Assembly: GCA_904063045.1 (NCBI GenBank)
Contig: CAJFCJ010000016.1
Coordinates: 248,001 to 312,000, forward strand
Length of the DNA: 64,000 bases
Direction: 5' to 3'
Source of the DNA: Dimorphilus gyrociliatus
Lineage: Eukaryota; Animalia; Annelida
Shown: positions 1 through 13,460 of the stretch, one piece after another
Position numbering within the stretch: position 1 is the first letter of the stretch
Layout of the letters: every line of letters begins with the position of its first letter
The notes under the pieces: model-generated
What the model saw: the letters and a program-made list of their open reading frames with translations, nothing else
Told to the model about the DNA's origin: nothing
Database searches by the model: none
Made by a program: the position numbers and the translations under genes

Positions 1-712
1 AAAACAACCAATTACATACTTGTCTTCATAAAAGTATCAGCCTTTGGTGCTTCGTTTGAATTTAATAATATTATTCCCGCACCATTGTTCTTCCTCTCAC
101 TAAGATCACTCTCAATTACTTTTACTTCTGACATTTTATCTTGGACTGATCCTGGATTGGAACCTTTCTCTTTATAATAATTGAATTTTACCTGTAATAA
201 TTTATAATAAAGTATGTCAAAAGAAATGTATATTCTGTTACTCTATCTCCTGGGAATAATCCACACCAGATTTCATTCGCTCGCCCCAAAGAACATTGAA
301 ACCTTAATCTGATGAATTTTAACAAACAAAATATTTAAAAAGTAGCCATAACAAGTAGTATTTAAAGCTTACATTTGTTTATCATCCACTGTTACATACT
401 TCTTTAATAGAACTCGTCTGCCAGGATGTTTGGGGCAATCATGGAAAGGTTCGCTAATAAAGTAATATTTATAATATAATCTCTTTAGACTTTATTGATA
501 TATTTATATAATCAACAGTACTTTGAAGGCATCGAAAAATCACATTTCTTGTCACTGCAGACATAGTGCAATGAAGGTTTTGACTTCTCTTTATTTGAAG
601 TAACAATTTGAAGGCACAATAAAGAAGCTGTAAAAATTAATAATTATGATAATTGAATTAGCCGCTATTATCACAGTGACTTACTATGCTTGGCGCAATA
701 CTTTTTTTCCAT
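1..712 (-). CDS. TTF2: 5' part of a transcription termination factor 2-like protein (N-terminal Cys/His zinc-binding region); the gene runs off the left edge
   Basis: Spliced exons give MEKKYCAKHTSLLCLQ...HYVCSDKKCDF...HDCPKHP...RFQCSLGRANEIWCGLFPG. This matches the C-x2-H, YVC-x4-C, C-x2-H and WCG pattern of the TTF2 N-terminus. Introns are GT-AG. The helicase domain is not in the window. Confidence 0.6.
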
Positions 713-1101
713 TTGGATGATTTACTTAAAAGATAAATCTAAAAGACCAGTAATAAAATTCTATCTATAAAGTTTTAAAAGTCTTCAGCCGTCAATAACA
801 GTTTCCGGGTGACTGTTTCCGCCGTTACCGATCATCTTTGAACAAACCGGTGAAAGTGTGGTTAACGTCCGAATTGAAACCGGTATCCCAAAACGATATC
901 GCGATGAATATATATTGACAGAAAAAAAGCAATTAAGTAAGTTATTCTGAAGGTTAGAATCTTTCATTTTAAAATAAATTTTAACAAAATAGACTAATTG
1001 TGATTTTAAATGGAAATTAAATGATTTTGTTAAGTTATATATAAAGTTGTTTGATTATCCTTATTCTATGTGATATATTTATTTCGATAGAAGAAAAAAA
1101 A

Positions 1102-4101
1102 ATGTGGCACGAAGCTCGCCGGCAAGAGAGGCGCTTGAAGGGCATGATGGTTGATTATAGTCAAAGAGCCGAAAGACGGAAAGCTTATTACGATAAAATT
1201 GTATTTAAAATTGACATATAGCTCTTAGTATCAAAACTAAACGTCTTTAATTTCTAGAAATTGGAACCTAAACAATTTCTTCGGATTTTCGGAACAAACA
1301 TGAAAATTCATATAGATCAAACTGTTTATGAAAATGCAGAAAGCACTTTGTATGCAACTTACAACAATTATAGAATTATTCTATCTCTTTCATTCCTAGA
1401 GACATTTTAATATTAATCACTTTCATTACCTTTAAAGAGTTCCATGGCAAAACGATCCAAACCTCATAATAGATCGTTTTGATGTTCGCGCTCATTTAGA
1501 TTTCATTCCTGATGATCAAAATTCTGCAGATGATGGGTTTGTTTACCACCCTTTGTACTTCTCAAAGTCTCATAATTAAACAAATTTGTTAATTATTGTT
1601 AGAATTCTACCTTCCAAAGAAGCTGATGAAGAGAATAAATGTAATTATGAGAGATATAGAATTTTAGTTCAAAACGAGTTTGCTGGCGTAAACGAAGAAC
1701 AATGTCTTAAACAAATTCATATAGACGAGCAATATGGAAATACAAAAATTAAGGAAGAGAAGAAAAAGTAATTCAATATGATTTAACTAAAATTTTTTGT
1801 CAACACTGCTTCCATACCTTTAGACCAGTAGAAAAAAAAGCAGCAATTGCCTTTACCTATGAAGATTCCGAAACTGTTCCTGCACCAGTGAAAGGCGAAA
1901 AAGAAGAAGAATTTGAAGATGATGATATGGATTTAGGTATATCATACTTATATTCTACGCTTTTACAAAAATTTCATGTATCTTAATCTCACAGATATGG
2001 AAGTTGATGTAGAAAAATTATCTAAAGAACAAGTAGAGGAAATGAATAAGCATGCTATGAAATACGGAATGATTAAAAATGAATATTATCAGTAAGAGTT
2101 TACCACATATATATTGCTAATGCTATAAGAACTATTTCGAAATCAATTTAGAGCTTTATTAAAAGATAAACAAGAAGCGGAAGAAATTCGTATGGCCAAA
2201 TTACTTGAAGAGGAAAAAGCTCAATTTTCTGTAATTTCCCAAAAAATATTACGTTTCTGCAAATCACATTTATTATTAATAGGGTAGAAAAGCTAGGAAA
2301 GAAAGAAGAATATATAAAGAAAAAAGAATACGAGAAAGAGGTCGATTAAGTCCACCAAGGTATTTATATTTACAAAATTATAAGCTCTACTGCTAATTTC
2401 TGATTATTGCCATTAGTTATGCCGTTCGCGAAAGCCCAAAGCGAGAGAATAGCCGCAGAGAGTAAGATAATTAGTTTAAAATAGCTCTTTGACTCATTTA
2501 AATTTGTTTTAACTTTTGTATTAATTGTTTTAGGTCCTCAAGTTCTCGATCATCTTCTCCAGGGGAGGAGCGTATAACATTTATTACTAGTTTCGGAGGC
2601 GACAGTTCTGATGGGACAAAAGGTGTTGTTCATGGCCCTGCTATTCCTCGTCACCTGTAAGACCAATCCAAGAGCTTAAAATTATGTAATCAATTTATTG
2701 ACCGTAGGAGACAGTCGCAAAAACCATCAAATTATCGCAATAAAAGATATAAAAGATCACGATCGCGAAGTAGAAGCCGGAAACGAAACAGAAGATTTCG
2801 ACGATCTACATCAAGTAGCTCATCACAATCTAAATCCCCATATTCTTCAATTAGACAGAGTTCGCGAAGAGCCAGACGCGATTCATCTAGTTCAGTATCT
2901 TCTGACAGGTTATTTTTCATATCCATTTCTAGATCATTCTTCAATCAAAACCAATCATATATCCAATTTTAGAGATCGATCGAAGTCATCTTCAAAGTCT
3001 AAATCACCCGAAGTAAAAGTACCTATAAAAAAATATAGACGAAAAAGTCTAGAAGAAAGCGTTAGCGATAGCTCATCATCATCGGCCGATGAAGCAACAA
3101 CGAATTCAACAGTTCGCTATAGAACGTTGGTTTTCGTAAATTATTGATCTTTAATAATAAGAAATTTTTTTTTACAGAGGCCAATCTATAGCGATGCCCG
3201 GTAAAAGTCGTTCCTTGAATAAAGTCAGTAGTAAGAATCATTTGTTTTATGGAATAGCTCTCGATACTCCCATATTCGCTAACATTACTTAAAAAGCAAA
3301 ATAGGATAATATTTATTGAAAAAAATATGTAAAAATCGTAGATAGCGGCTTTTTCCCATAGATATATCCTCTTACCAAATTATTAAAGAGACTTACAGTT
3401 CTAATATTTTTTAAAGTTCTAAAGTAATATGTTTATAGTCTGTACACCTTTTATATTTTTCGTCATGTGTGTACACATGGTACTACTCATAAAAGATTAT
3501 ATGTAAATGTATATATACTGTAGTATATATTTTTAACATATAATTTTTTATGTAAATGAATCAACTGTATATTGAATTGTTCTCGCACATGATCTTATTT
3601 TTTGTTAATTTTTTTCAGAAGGCTCTCTCTCAACGAGAATTATTACAGAAACGAATGCAAGCTCAGCTTTCAAAGCATTGTTAGTAATCAGTTTGTCAGA
3701 AATTAATTAAATACTTTAATTTCATTTATATATTAGACAAAGCAGACAAGAGAGCAGAAAAAGAGCGTCACGAGCGTGAAGAGCAGGAAAGAATGGATAG
3801 AGAAGATGAACTAAGAGAATTGTCACTAATGCTGCGAAAACGAGATCGCGAAAGACGTCATAGACAAAGGGAAGACTTAGATTTTGGGGAAGATAGATCG
3901 AGCAGGTCAAGAAGCAGATCTAGATCGAAAAGTAGAAGTCGATCAAGGAGATATAGATCAAGATCAAGGTCAACTAGCAGGTCAAGAAGAACACGATATC
4001 GCTCCTATTCGCGTTCACCTAGACGAAGACGTTCGCGATCTTCTAGATCATCGAGATCGTCATCAAGATCCAATAGACGAGCAAAATTAGTTGATTATTA
4101 A
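1102..4101 (+). CDS. CLASRP: CLK4-associating serine/arginine-rich protein (SFRS16), multi-exon
   Basis: Starts MWHEARRQERRLKGMMVDYSQRAERRKAYYDKI and contains IDRFDVRAHLDFIP and KCNYERYRILVQNEFAG. The C-terminus is RS-rich with DREDELR (ORF 3793-4101). Confidence 0.95.
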
Positions 4102-4440
4102 GTGAAATATTCTTGTTTAAAACTTATTAACGATTGTCTGAATGCAATATTTAACTCGTATATACTTAGAATCCCTTATTCTGGTTTTTTTTATGCTAAT
4201 CTTTTATCATTCATTTTTAAATAAATGAATTCAATAGTTGAATAATAACTGTTTTTCGCTTTAAAAAGCTCTGTTTCAGAAAATTTCTTGTAATTGTACT
4301 TGTACTGAATATCAATACAAGAGTCAGTGATACACAATGCTGGTCAGAATTATTGTAATAATGTAATAGCTTTTACAGTTAATGGATAGTTTTTATAATT
4401 AAAAGGCATGTGAAGAAAATTCCGAAGTGTCTCTTTTCAA

Positions 4441-5570
4441 TTATTTAATCTTTTGTCTGAGGGATTGCCCCTCTCCCTGAAAAGCCTTAAAATCTCTGGT
4501 ATCAGCTGCATCTTGTGAGGTTTCTTCCTTATTTCGTCGTTTGTCTCTGCTAAAGTGTAGATTATAAACATCATGATTATAATTTGGAATTCCCCTTTGC
4601 CTTCCATTTGCTGTTGTTTTTTGGGGTGCTGCCTGAGTATTTTTTTCTTTACCATCTATCCTATGTCCTTGTCCTTGAAAAGCACAGAATCCTGGATCTA
4701 GTATTTCCGATTCGGGTAAGTCATCTGTTGATTCTTCGCGAGTCTCCTCTTTCCTCTGATGCTCTTGATATCCGACTGGAGAAGCGAAATCAACGTTCAT
4801 GTCGCATTCAATGATAGACACTGCATTTCCTGGCTTAGTTTCCAATACGCAAAGTTCATATACCTTATCGTTATAATATATAGCGATGACATCTCCAGCA
4901 GTCAAACATGCGAAATGCCTGTCTAAGAGGTTTGATTCATAATATTTGTTCAATAATGTTAGTTAAGTATTGACTACATTTAAGGAAAATTTATGTAGTT
5001 GATAATCCTAATAATTTTAATTTAGACCCTGAAAATTTTCACCAAGCTAATTCCTACAGTGAATCAATGGATGTATCGCCTTATTGAAATTACATAATAT
5101 TTAAAATGAATAATTTAATTATGAATCACTCCCCTTAATACACGTTCTAACACAGCTTTGGGATTAGTTAAATCTAGAAATTCCAGGCTTTGAGGTTGAA
5201 ATTTTGCAAAAGTAGCTATTGGTAGAGAAACGTTTTCAATCTGACAGGTTTCACCCTCTTCCAAATATAGATTTTTCATCATCCAGTGAGGTACGTGCAT
5301 ATGACCCTCGTCTGCAATAAATTCAAGAACTCCGCAATGAGTCTGTCTGTCCACATTATCTTTTTTATTTGTTAATTTGAACAGCATAGGATACTGAACA
5401 TTCAATCTTGTCAGCTGATCCAAAGCCGATTGGGGTAATATGATTTTTCCTCCTTTTTCTAGGTCATCTCTCTCGATATGCATCATTGAGACCGAAAAGC
5501 ACCTATATGTTTCAGTAAATCTGATTGGATTTTGCATTTCGTCGCCAAAGAGCCGCTGAAAAGGAAACAT
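4441..5570 (-). CDS. UFD1: Ubiquitin fusion degradation protein 1 (p97/VCP cofactor), 2 exons
   Basis: ORFs 5115-5570 and 4441-4953 give [53 protein letters not shown] and FQGEGQSL. The intron donor appears non-canonical (see findings). Confidence 0.96.
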
Positions 5571-5806
5571 GACTACAGAGTTTTTCTAAAAATTAATAAC
5601 AGCGGAACATTCACAACTGTTTAATGTATAAACTGGTAGTATCCTTAAAAAGACTGGTGAATTTTTATCTGATATTTAGTTGGGCTCTCTCCTTAGTCGA
5701 AGTATTTTGTCTTTTTCCTGATGTTTTCACTCTATTTGATGTGTTTAACAAAAATTAAATCTTAATTAGAGACTTAACATGCAATGTTAAAGTGTCGTTT
5801 ATAACA

Positions 5807-8086
5807 ATGAATTCAGCGGCAGAAGACGATTATATAATAGAGGAAGCTGAGAGAAGTATAAACATATTTTATTCTAAATCACATGAAACTTGTTTACAAA
5901 CAATTATTGTCATTAGCTCTACTTCCATCCCAGTCAACAGAGAAAGCTACAGAATATGAGACGGCAATATCTGAAGCGGGTAATATTTTTAAGTACTTTT
6001 GGAAGATATTATTTTTAAAGATGTCTTATTGGAAATTTTAGGATATGGTAGATTCCATTTAAAATTGTTACTACTATGTGGTTGGGCTGTTTCGAGTGAT
6101 GCCATAGAAGTTGTTTGTATTTCTTTTGTCTTGCCTTCAGCAACATGTGACTTTCGAATGACCGGATTTTACAAAGGATTGCTGACTGCGATCATATTCC
6201 TTGGTAAGTTGAAGTACATTTTCCGTATAAGTAATTCTGTGTAAACAGAATTGTCTGTCATCCAGGAATGTTATTTGGTGGATATATCTGGGGCGCTATA
6301 TCAGATATCTTTGGTAGGCGATCAACACTGTTAATGTCCTTACTTATCAATAGTATTGGAGGTGGAGTTTCAAGTTTATGCCAAAAATACTGGATGTTTC
6401 TTATATTCCGGTTAATTAGTGGAATAGGGTACTTAACACAGTATTCTGTATATATAAGAAATATTTCTAACTATAATGAAACTTTTAAAGGGTGGGCGGT
6501 GCTCTACCAGTAATATTTACATACTTTTGCGAATTCCAACCAAAGGCCAAGAGGGGAATAATGATATCAGTGTTAGCTACTTGCTGGATGTCGGGCAATA
6601 TTATTTCAGCAGGTTGTACATATTCATAACCATTGAAATATTCTATTTTTAATTAAAATATGACTTCTTTCAAATTAGCCCTAGCCTGGTTGATAGTTCC
6701 CTTAAAATATGGAACAACTTCAACAAGTTTTATATTCAACAGTTGGAGATTATATTTGTTAATTTGTACAATACCTTCATTCACTTCTTTATTACTTTTT
6801 ATAAGAATGCCAGAAAGTCCTAAATTTATCATGCAGGTAAAGAGAATATAGTTAATTATCTATTTTCTATTACAAATAACAATTTCTCTCTATTATGATC
6901 ATTAGAAAGGAGATGAAATAAAAGCTTTAGCTATTTTTCAAGAAATATTCAAATCAAATTACTCTACAAAAAACTATAGCGACTATCCGGTAAACTTTCA
7001 TTCTACTTACTTTTTTCGTTTTGCTATTGTAGCGATACTTAATTATTAACTGTATTATTAACAGATAAAATCATTAAATATAAAACCATCAAGGAGTTTG
7101 TCCGGAGGCAGACAAGTAGCAGTTAAAATATTCCAACACACTTCTAACTTATGGCGAGGAGGTCTAATAAGACGAAGTTTAGTACTGACAAATATATATG
7201 CAACCTTTTCTTTTGGGTATATGTATATCTATAGGATGCGATAGAAAACGTCCACAAATGTATGGTTTTACCCTAACCCTAACCTAACCTTTAGAAGGAT
7301 TCAAATATCTCATTTGTGGACGTTTTCTGTCGACCCCATTTCTAAATATATCTAAATATAAAAACTTAAATTTAACATAGCTTCTATGGACTTTGGATGT
7401 GGTTTCCAGAAATTTTCAACAAAATGGAAAAGTACGGTGGAACCGTTTGCTCAATTTCACATGGAAATTCTACAGTGAATGAAACGCAGAGTTTTTGTGA
7501 TCCTATATCTAAATCTATCTATTGGGAGGGATTAGTAGTTGCTGCTGCTAATCTTCCAGGCAATATTTTCACAATATTTTTCATAGAAAAAGTTGGTAGA
7601 AGGTGGCTTTTATGTAAGAATAATGTCTTTTTTAATTGTGAATTCATTAACCTATTTTAAATATTACTATTATAGCTGCCAGTATGGTAGCATCAGGCTT
7701 ATCTGCCTTTGCAATCCTTGGAATGAAAACCAGACTTCATAACATTCTACTGTCATGCTTATTTAGTTGTATAAGCGTTGTAGGATGGAATGCATTGGAT
7801 GTTCTCAATCCAGAGCTATACCCGACAGAATTAAGGTTTTTTTTTAGTTTTGTTTCTACGTTATGAGTAGGAAAGTTTCAAGTTTATTTCGTATATGAAC
7901 AGATCAACTGCAACAGGATTTTTTAGCGGCGTTGGGAGACTGGCAACAATTGCAGCCAATCTTTCATTTGGACTGCTGGTTGACATCCATTGTGCTATTC
8001 CTTTAATTCTTGTCTCAGGTTTGCTGGTTTTTGGAGGACTCTCTTCTCTACTGTTACCTGAAACGAGAAATGTTGATCTGCACTAA
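5807..8086 (+). CDS. SV2/SVOP-like major facilitator superfamily transporter, multi-exon
   Basis: Spliced YETAISEAGYGRFH...WAVSSDAIEV, MFS motif SDIFGRR, GVGGALP, RMPESPKF and ELYPTELRSTATG, with many hydrophobic segments. Confidence 0.88.
7239..7332. mobile_element. Short palindromic MITE/HINE-like insertion with a telomere-like core, inside an intron
   Basis: 22-bp inverted repeat with 1 mismatch (7239-7260 and 7311-7332) flanking ccctaaccctaacctaacc at 7271-7289. Confidence 0.5.
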
Positions 8087-8681
8087 TAATAAATGTTATA
8101 TATTTTCATAAATAATGAGGAAAAAACTTGAAGAAAATACTATTTGTATTGATATTAATATTCGAAATAATTCATATATCCAAGTGATGTAATTTCAGCA
8201 ATACTACACTTCTAGAAATAATAAATTGATTATGATTGCATTTTTACTCTCAAGAGTTAATGCTTTTTCTCAAATTTTCCGACTGTTTCTTGTCTTTTCT
8301 CATATTCTATTATATTTAATTGTCAAACTGAATTAGCTTTTTTTTTGGCTGACAAATGTCAGGTATTTGTATAAAATCGCCTGATAAAAAGCAATCGGCC
8401 TACGGCAAGTCTACTGCAATCACAATACTGTTGAGGACTTAATTCTGCTTTGTAGTGAACATGAAATCAATTTAGCCAGTTAATATCTATTTGAGAGTAC
8501 TCTAAAGTTATCGGAATGTAAAGTGTGGTTATATTACATTATTAATCATTCTCTGAAATTCAACATTTTAGTGAGTTTTTTTTATAAATAATAGAGTTTC
8601 TGGGAAGATTCCCTGACCATATATATTTCTTTTTTCTGAAAAGATATGTAGAAAATCCCCTTCCAGAATTTCGATGGAAAA

Positions 8682-9177
8682 TTAAAGTCCAAGCTGATGT
8701 AGATCATTTTGAATTTGAGCTTGACTGGCAGCATATTCTGTTCTATTAGCATTGATTGAATAGTAGGTGAAGTTCTTTAAGCAAAAACTACTACCTAGCC
8801 TTTGGAAAACTATCAACCAGTTCCTGTGCAAGAGTACCTTGTTTATCTGTCCGAAGGCATTCTACAAATGCAGGAAAATGGTTACTATTCCGCATGAGAA
8901 AGCTTAGCAATTCATTAGCTTTTCCTAATCTACTAGGTTTATTCTGAAAATTGAAATATATCAAATGAAATGATCGAAAACTTTGTAATTTGAAATACAG
9001 TCTAACCTCAATCTCCTCTTTTTGACCCAAGGTAATAATCTCTTTTGCTAATAGTAAATTAAGAACTGATCGACCTGAAAATTCCAATCTTTCACAGACA
9101 TTTGAATAGTTATTTTTTAATATTATTTTATAAATTTCTTGAGCTGTATTAGGATGGTTTACGTCAATAAAGTTCAT
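8682..9177 (-). CDS. CARD-only (death-fold) protein, 3 exons
   Basis: ILKNNYSNVCERLEFSGRSVLNLLLAKEIITLGQKEEIE|NKPSRLGKANELLSFLMRNSNHFPAFVECLRTDKQGTLAQEL follows the six-helix CARD pattern. The last exon ends HQLGL*. Confidence 0.75.
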
Positions 9178-9220
9178 AACTTTTCCCTTAATTTACTTTC
9201 AACTGGAAGGTCTTTTTCTT

Positions 9221-9231
9221 TGCGCATGCGC
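9221..9231. promoter_or_regulatory. NRF1/Ewg-type palindrome TGCGCATGCGC in a divergent promoter
   Basis: Matches the core of YGCGCAYGCGCR. It lies between the CARD gene start and the MOSPD2 start. Confidence 0.5.
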
Positions 9232-9537
9232 TAAGCAGCTGAGATTTCACTTTAGGAATATTAACTGGTAACACACCAGTTTTAGGATTACCCATCGTAT
9301 GACTTCGAACAAAATATGTTTTAATTAGAAAATTTAACAGTGTTGCGCAATAACTGCAAATGTCCGCATTCGTTTTAGACAATAGGGAGGAGAAGCTTAG
9401 ATTGATTCGAAAAGAATTTGAAAAATCATTATTAAACGGTAAAATTTATTTAAATGAAATAATTCTAGTTCATAGTCCAAGTTACTTTTAAGTAACCCGA
9501 CACAATGTATCAAAGTAATGGATAATCATACAGCACA

Positions 9538-11595
9538 TGAAAGAAATACCTCTAATAAATGATATTAATTGCGCCATTAAAACATTTTTCAGTGTTAGAA
9601 AAATATTAATTTTCTTTGTCTCTGTTTCGAAATTGCAGCTAATATAGTTCTAATAAATGCGAAATATCCTTTTAAGCATAGCCTACATTCTTAAATACTC
9701 TTTGTATAATTTTTAATTTATTAAGGATAAATTAACTTATTATTTAACAGCATCAACTAAAGAAGAATACGATGAAATTGATATTGAACAATTTCGTACG
9801 AACGATGATCTTGTAGAAGCGTTTCTCCTTAGTAGAAAAGGAAGTGTAGAAGCTACAGCAAAACTAATCAAAGTTGTATTCAAATGGAGGAAAAGCATTC
9901 AATTGCATAGTATATATTCAATTTTATACTTGTATTTTTAAAACTATTAAACTTCAACTTTTCTTTAAGAATTGAACGATGATAGTTTTCCAATTGAAGC
10001 TCATGAATTGGGTGGTCTCTTCTATCATAGTCAAGACAAAAATGGCAATAAAATACGTAAAGAATCTTAATATAACTGAACTAGTTTGCATATTAAAATT
10101 GTATATATTAAAGTTAATTTTAGAGTTTGTCAAATGAAGAAAGATCCAAAAAAAACAGAATTAGTAAAAAAATTCGTTGCATATTGGATAATGAAACATT
10201 ACAAACTTTATCCAACACGTAAGGTTGTTTGTTTAATGGATATGACTAACACTGGAATTTCGAATATGGTTGTATTCACTTTTCTTAAAGTTTCTAATAA
10301 ATCATTTTCTTTTTTTAAACATTGAATTTTAGGATTTGGATTTGATAAAATTTATTGTCACTTGCTTTATTCAATACTTTCCAGCTTATTTAGGTATTTA
10401 TTTTAGAGATATCTTCTACTTTTATCATCTAATTCGTATTCATGCAATTTCTTTTTATAGCTTATTTATTGATATTTGATATGCCTTGGCTGTTTAATGG
10501 TAAGATATTTTTCATATAAAATCGATAATTTAATAACAATGTATATTTCATTTTTCATAGCAATTTGGCAGGTTATTCGTAAAATTCTATCCGAAGAAGA
10601 AAGGAAATTTGTAATTTTTGTCACAAAATCAAATATAAAAAATTATATTGATGAAGATCACTTATTTTCTCATATGGGAGGAAATGATACTTTTGAATAT
10701 AAATACGAAAGACCTCTTCAAACTCCTAAAAGAGAGATGTCATTTTCTAGTGTTAAAGATAGCAGTGTACGTTTTATAAAAGTTGCAAATTTCTTTATCA
10801 TAAAATTTAAAATTTCAGACTCAAGAGAGCAGTAGTTTCAAGAAATTTTTGACCTCTAAAGAAAGTCTTAATAGTCCGTTAATTGAAAATGGAGGGGTCC
10901 TCAAACCAAAAAGACTCTTTTCTGGTGATATAGCTACAATTACTCCCTCAACTGACCTTGTATTTGAACAGACCTCAAAGTCTTATACAAGGCAAAGTAT
11001 AGAAATCATAGCTCATTCAAAACCGATCGCGTTTAAGGTCAAAACAACCAATCCATCGGCCTTTAAAGTTAAACCCAGTAGTGGGATCACAAGTTCACAA
11101 TTTCAAATTGAAATATTCGCCTGTGACGGAATAACTAAAAATATTATTGAAACAAGTCGATTTTTAGTTATGATTCAGTCAATTGATGAAGACATTACAA
11201 GTGTTAACCAAGTAACTCATTGGAGAGACAATGACAAATATAAGTAGGTGTTTCGTAAATATTGCAGATATATCTTTATCTTTATTCCATAACTGTGCTG
11301 TAGGTACATGGAGAAACAACTGAAATGTAAGATATTGAAGCCAAAGTATTCCAAACCTGCTACTTTGGAATATCTACAAAGAGAGATCGAAGGTTTAAAA
11401 ACAGAGCAATTAAGATTAAAAGCAGATTTGAAGAAATTTACTAGCTTTCGACAAAGAATTCTTAATAGTATATATGGCCTTTTCTTGACAATATTCTGCT
11501 TATATTTACTGCAATGTTTTCGGCTAACATTATCGCCAATTTCTGATCACATTCTTGACTTGTTTTTCAACACTTCTTTTTGGAAGATGGAGTAA
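9538..11595 (+). CDS. MOSPD2: Motile sperm domain-containing protein 2 (CRAL-TRIO + MSP + C-terminal TM); start codon approximate
   Basis: CRAL-TRIO motifs (DMTNTGISNM, HMGGNDTFEY), MSP motif FKVKTTNPSAFKVKPSSG, a coiled coil and a C-terminal hydrophobic anchor. Confidence 0.88.
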
Positions 11596-11743
11596 CTTTT
11601 ATTCCAAAACATTTTTCTACAATTTATTTATTACAAGCAGTTGAATTGGAATAGTTTCAATTTTCATTTAAGAAATTGAATAACCAATATATTGAAATTA
11701 CGAGTTTACAGATTTAATTAAAAAAATAATTGAAATAAAATTA

Positions 11744-12120
11744 TCAAATTCTATTTAATTTCGTTACAATTAATACCCTTAAAGTTTGGTCAAAAGCAGT
11801 ACAAACGCACAATCCACATTTGTCTGGACTCCAATCAAAACCAGATATAGGTTGCGTAGACATGACAGTATTTTGAAGTAAACTCAAATTTCCAGCTACA
11901 CCTTCTTCAACTCCTTCCGAATCTTCTTGAACTCGTTTTCCAGGATAATTACTGTAGGATATAATTAGTTTACTGTTGATGGAAAAATCTTTAAAAACTT
12001 ACTATTTCCATAGATGAAGAGATCCAGAACCACCCAATGTCATGAAAATATCTCTATTTTGCGGTAGATGTTTTCCCAACCAAACAGTTGATTTATGAGA
12101 CTGGAAATATAAAAACAGGC

Positions 12121-12162
<42 letters not shown>

Positions 12163-13125
12163 TATAGGTATAATAGACATGACTAAATATTTAAAACCTT
12201 TTCGCTGACACATGCAAATCCTCTCTTTGGATGTTGAGTTCTTAGATCGTACACATGTATACTAGATTCTAAGCAAGTGGCGACTAATTTATTCATATTT
12301 ATATCCTTTCTATCAAATTCCACGGAACAAACACCATTTTTAACGTTTGTTTCCCATTTAACACTCATACTTCTTAAATCGAATAATTTTATATCACCAT
12401 TATCGTATCCAGCAGCAATGCATCTATCATGTGGATTGTAGGCATGACCTACACAAAGGGAAATTTTTTAAATACTATTTAATATTTACTGTAGACTAAC
12501 CGAATGCAACCGTCCAGCAATCTCTTCTTTCTTCTCCCTCTCCAGGAGCCATTGTTGCGACTGGATCATCTTTTTGTCTGGGATCCCAAACTTTAACAGA
12601 ACCATCCCTACTACCAGTAACAATTTCTGGCGCCCCTTCTCCAATTCCTAATCCACCAACTCCATCAATACAGTTAACAATCTCCTTATGGCCTTTCACG
12701 CTATAAATTGGTACTTGAGTTGATTCAAGATCCCTGAAGTTGAATTATAATTTAGAGATTTCATTTTATTTATCTGGAAACAGCAGACAGTACAAACCAA
12801 ATTTGCATAGCTCCATCAAAATTTCCCGTTGCTAGGTATCGTTGTTGTAAACTAGAAGCACCAAATGTACCGCATTTAAAAGCGCTCGGTTTTTCCGCCT
12901 AAGGTTTAATAGGAAAATCTAAGAACAATGTTAATTTTTTTAATGAAATACCTCAGAAATTAATTGGGCATCGCCGTGAGCTATTTCATAAACTTGTAGA
13001 GCTCCTGTGCCTCTGGCATGATTACCAAGAACGACAAACTTAGCACTAGACGGAATCCATTTACAGTCGAATAAGGTGTAATTTAAGGACTTTTGAATAT
13101 GAGCTAGAATTTGTGGTTTTTCCAT
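11744..13125 (-). CDS. WDR92: WD repeat protein 92 / dynein axonemal assembly factor 10
   Basis: [41 protein letters not shown] and C-terminal [16 protein letters not shown], all very close to vertebrate WDR92. Confidence 0.96.
12124..12159. repeat. (AT)n microsatellite in a WDR92 intron
   Basis: Perfect alternating AT run. Confidence 0.95.
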
Positions 13126-13460
13126 TTTTCTTAAAAATATTTAAAAGTGTTATCACGTTTCGAGGAACGCCGCGCAAAACACTCTTAAGTATTTTTTCTA
13201 AATTTTTGGTTATACCTAAATACCGTATAGTAAAATGAATATTAGTGTTTTTTTGAAAATTTTATTCCATAACTTAAAAATAATTAAATCAATCTAAAAT
13301 CTTTATTATAAAGTCAAATAGTTATTAAGAATTTTCATTTTAAAGTACGATAATGACTCGAATCATACCTTTTAATTAGAAATTTAGTAATCCTCTGATA
13401 GAGCCCGGGTATAGGTAAAATCAAATTGTTTACAGGTTTAGAAAGTTGCTAAAAGTTGTA

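Noticed and set aside
2732-4090. Alternative-frame and antisense ORFs over CLASRP (2732-2944, 3722-3910, 3884-4090)
   Set aside because: These are shadows of low-complexity RS-coding sequence.
9188-9382. ORF upstream of the CARD gene as a possible first exon
   Set aside because: Joining it would need a 17-nt intron; it is more likely 5'UTR or promoter sequence.
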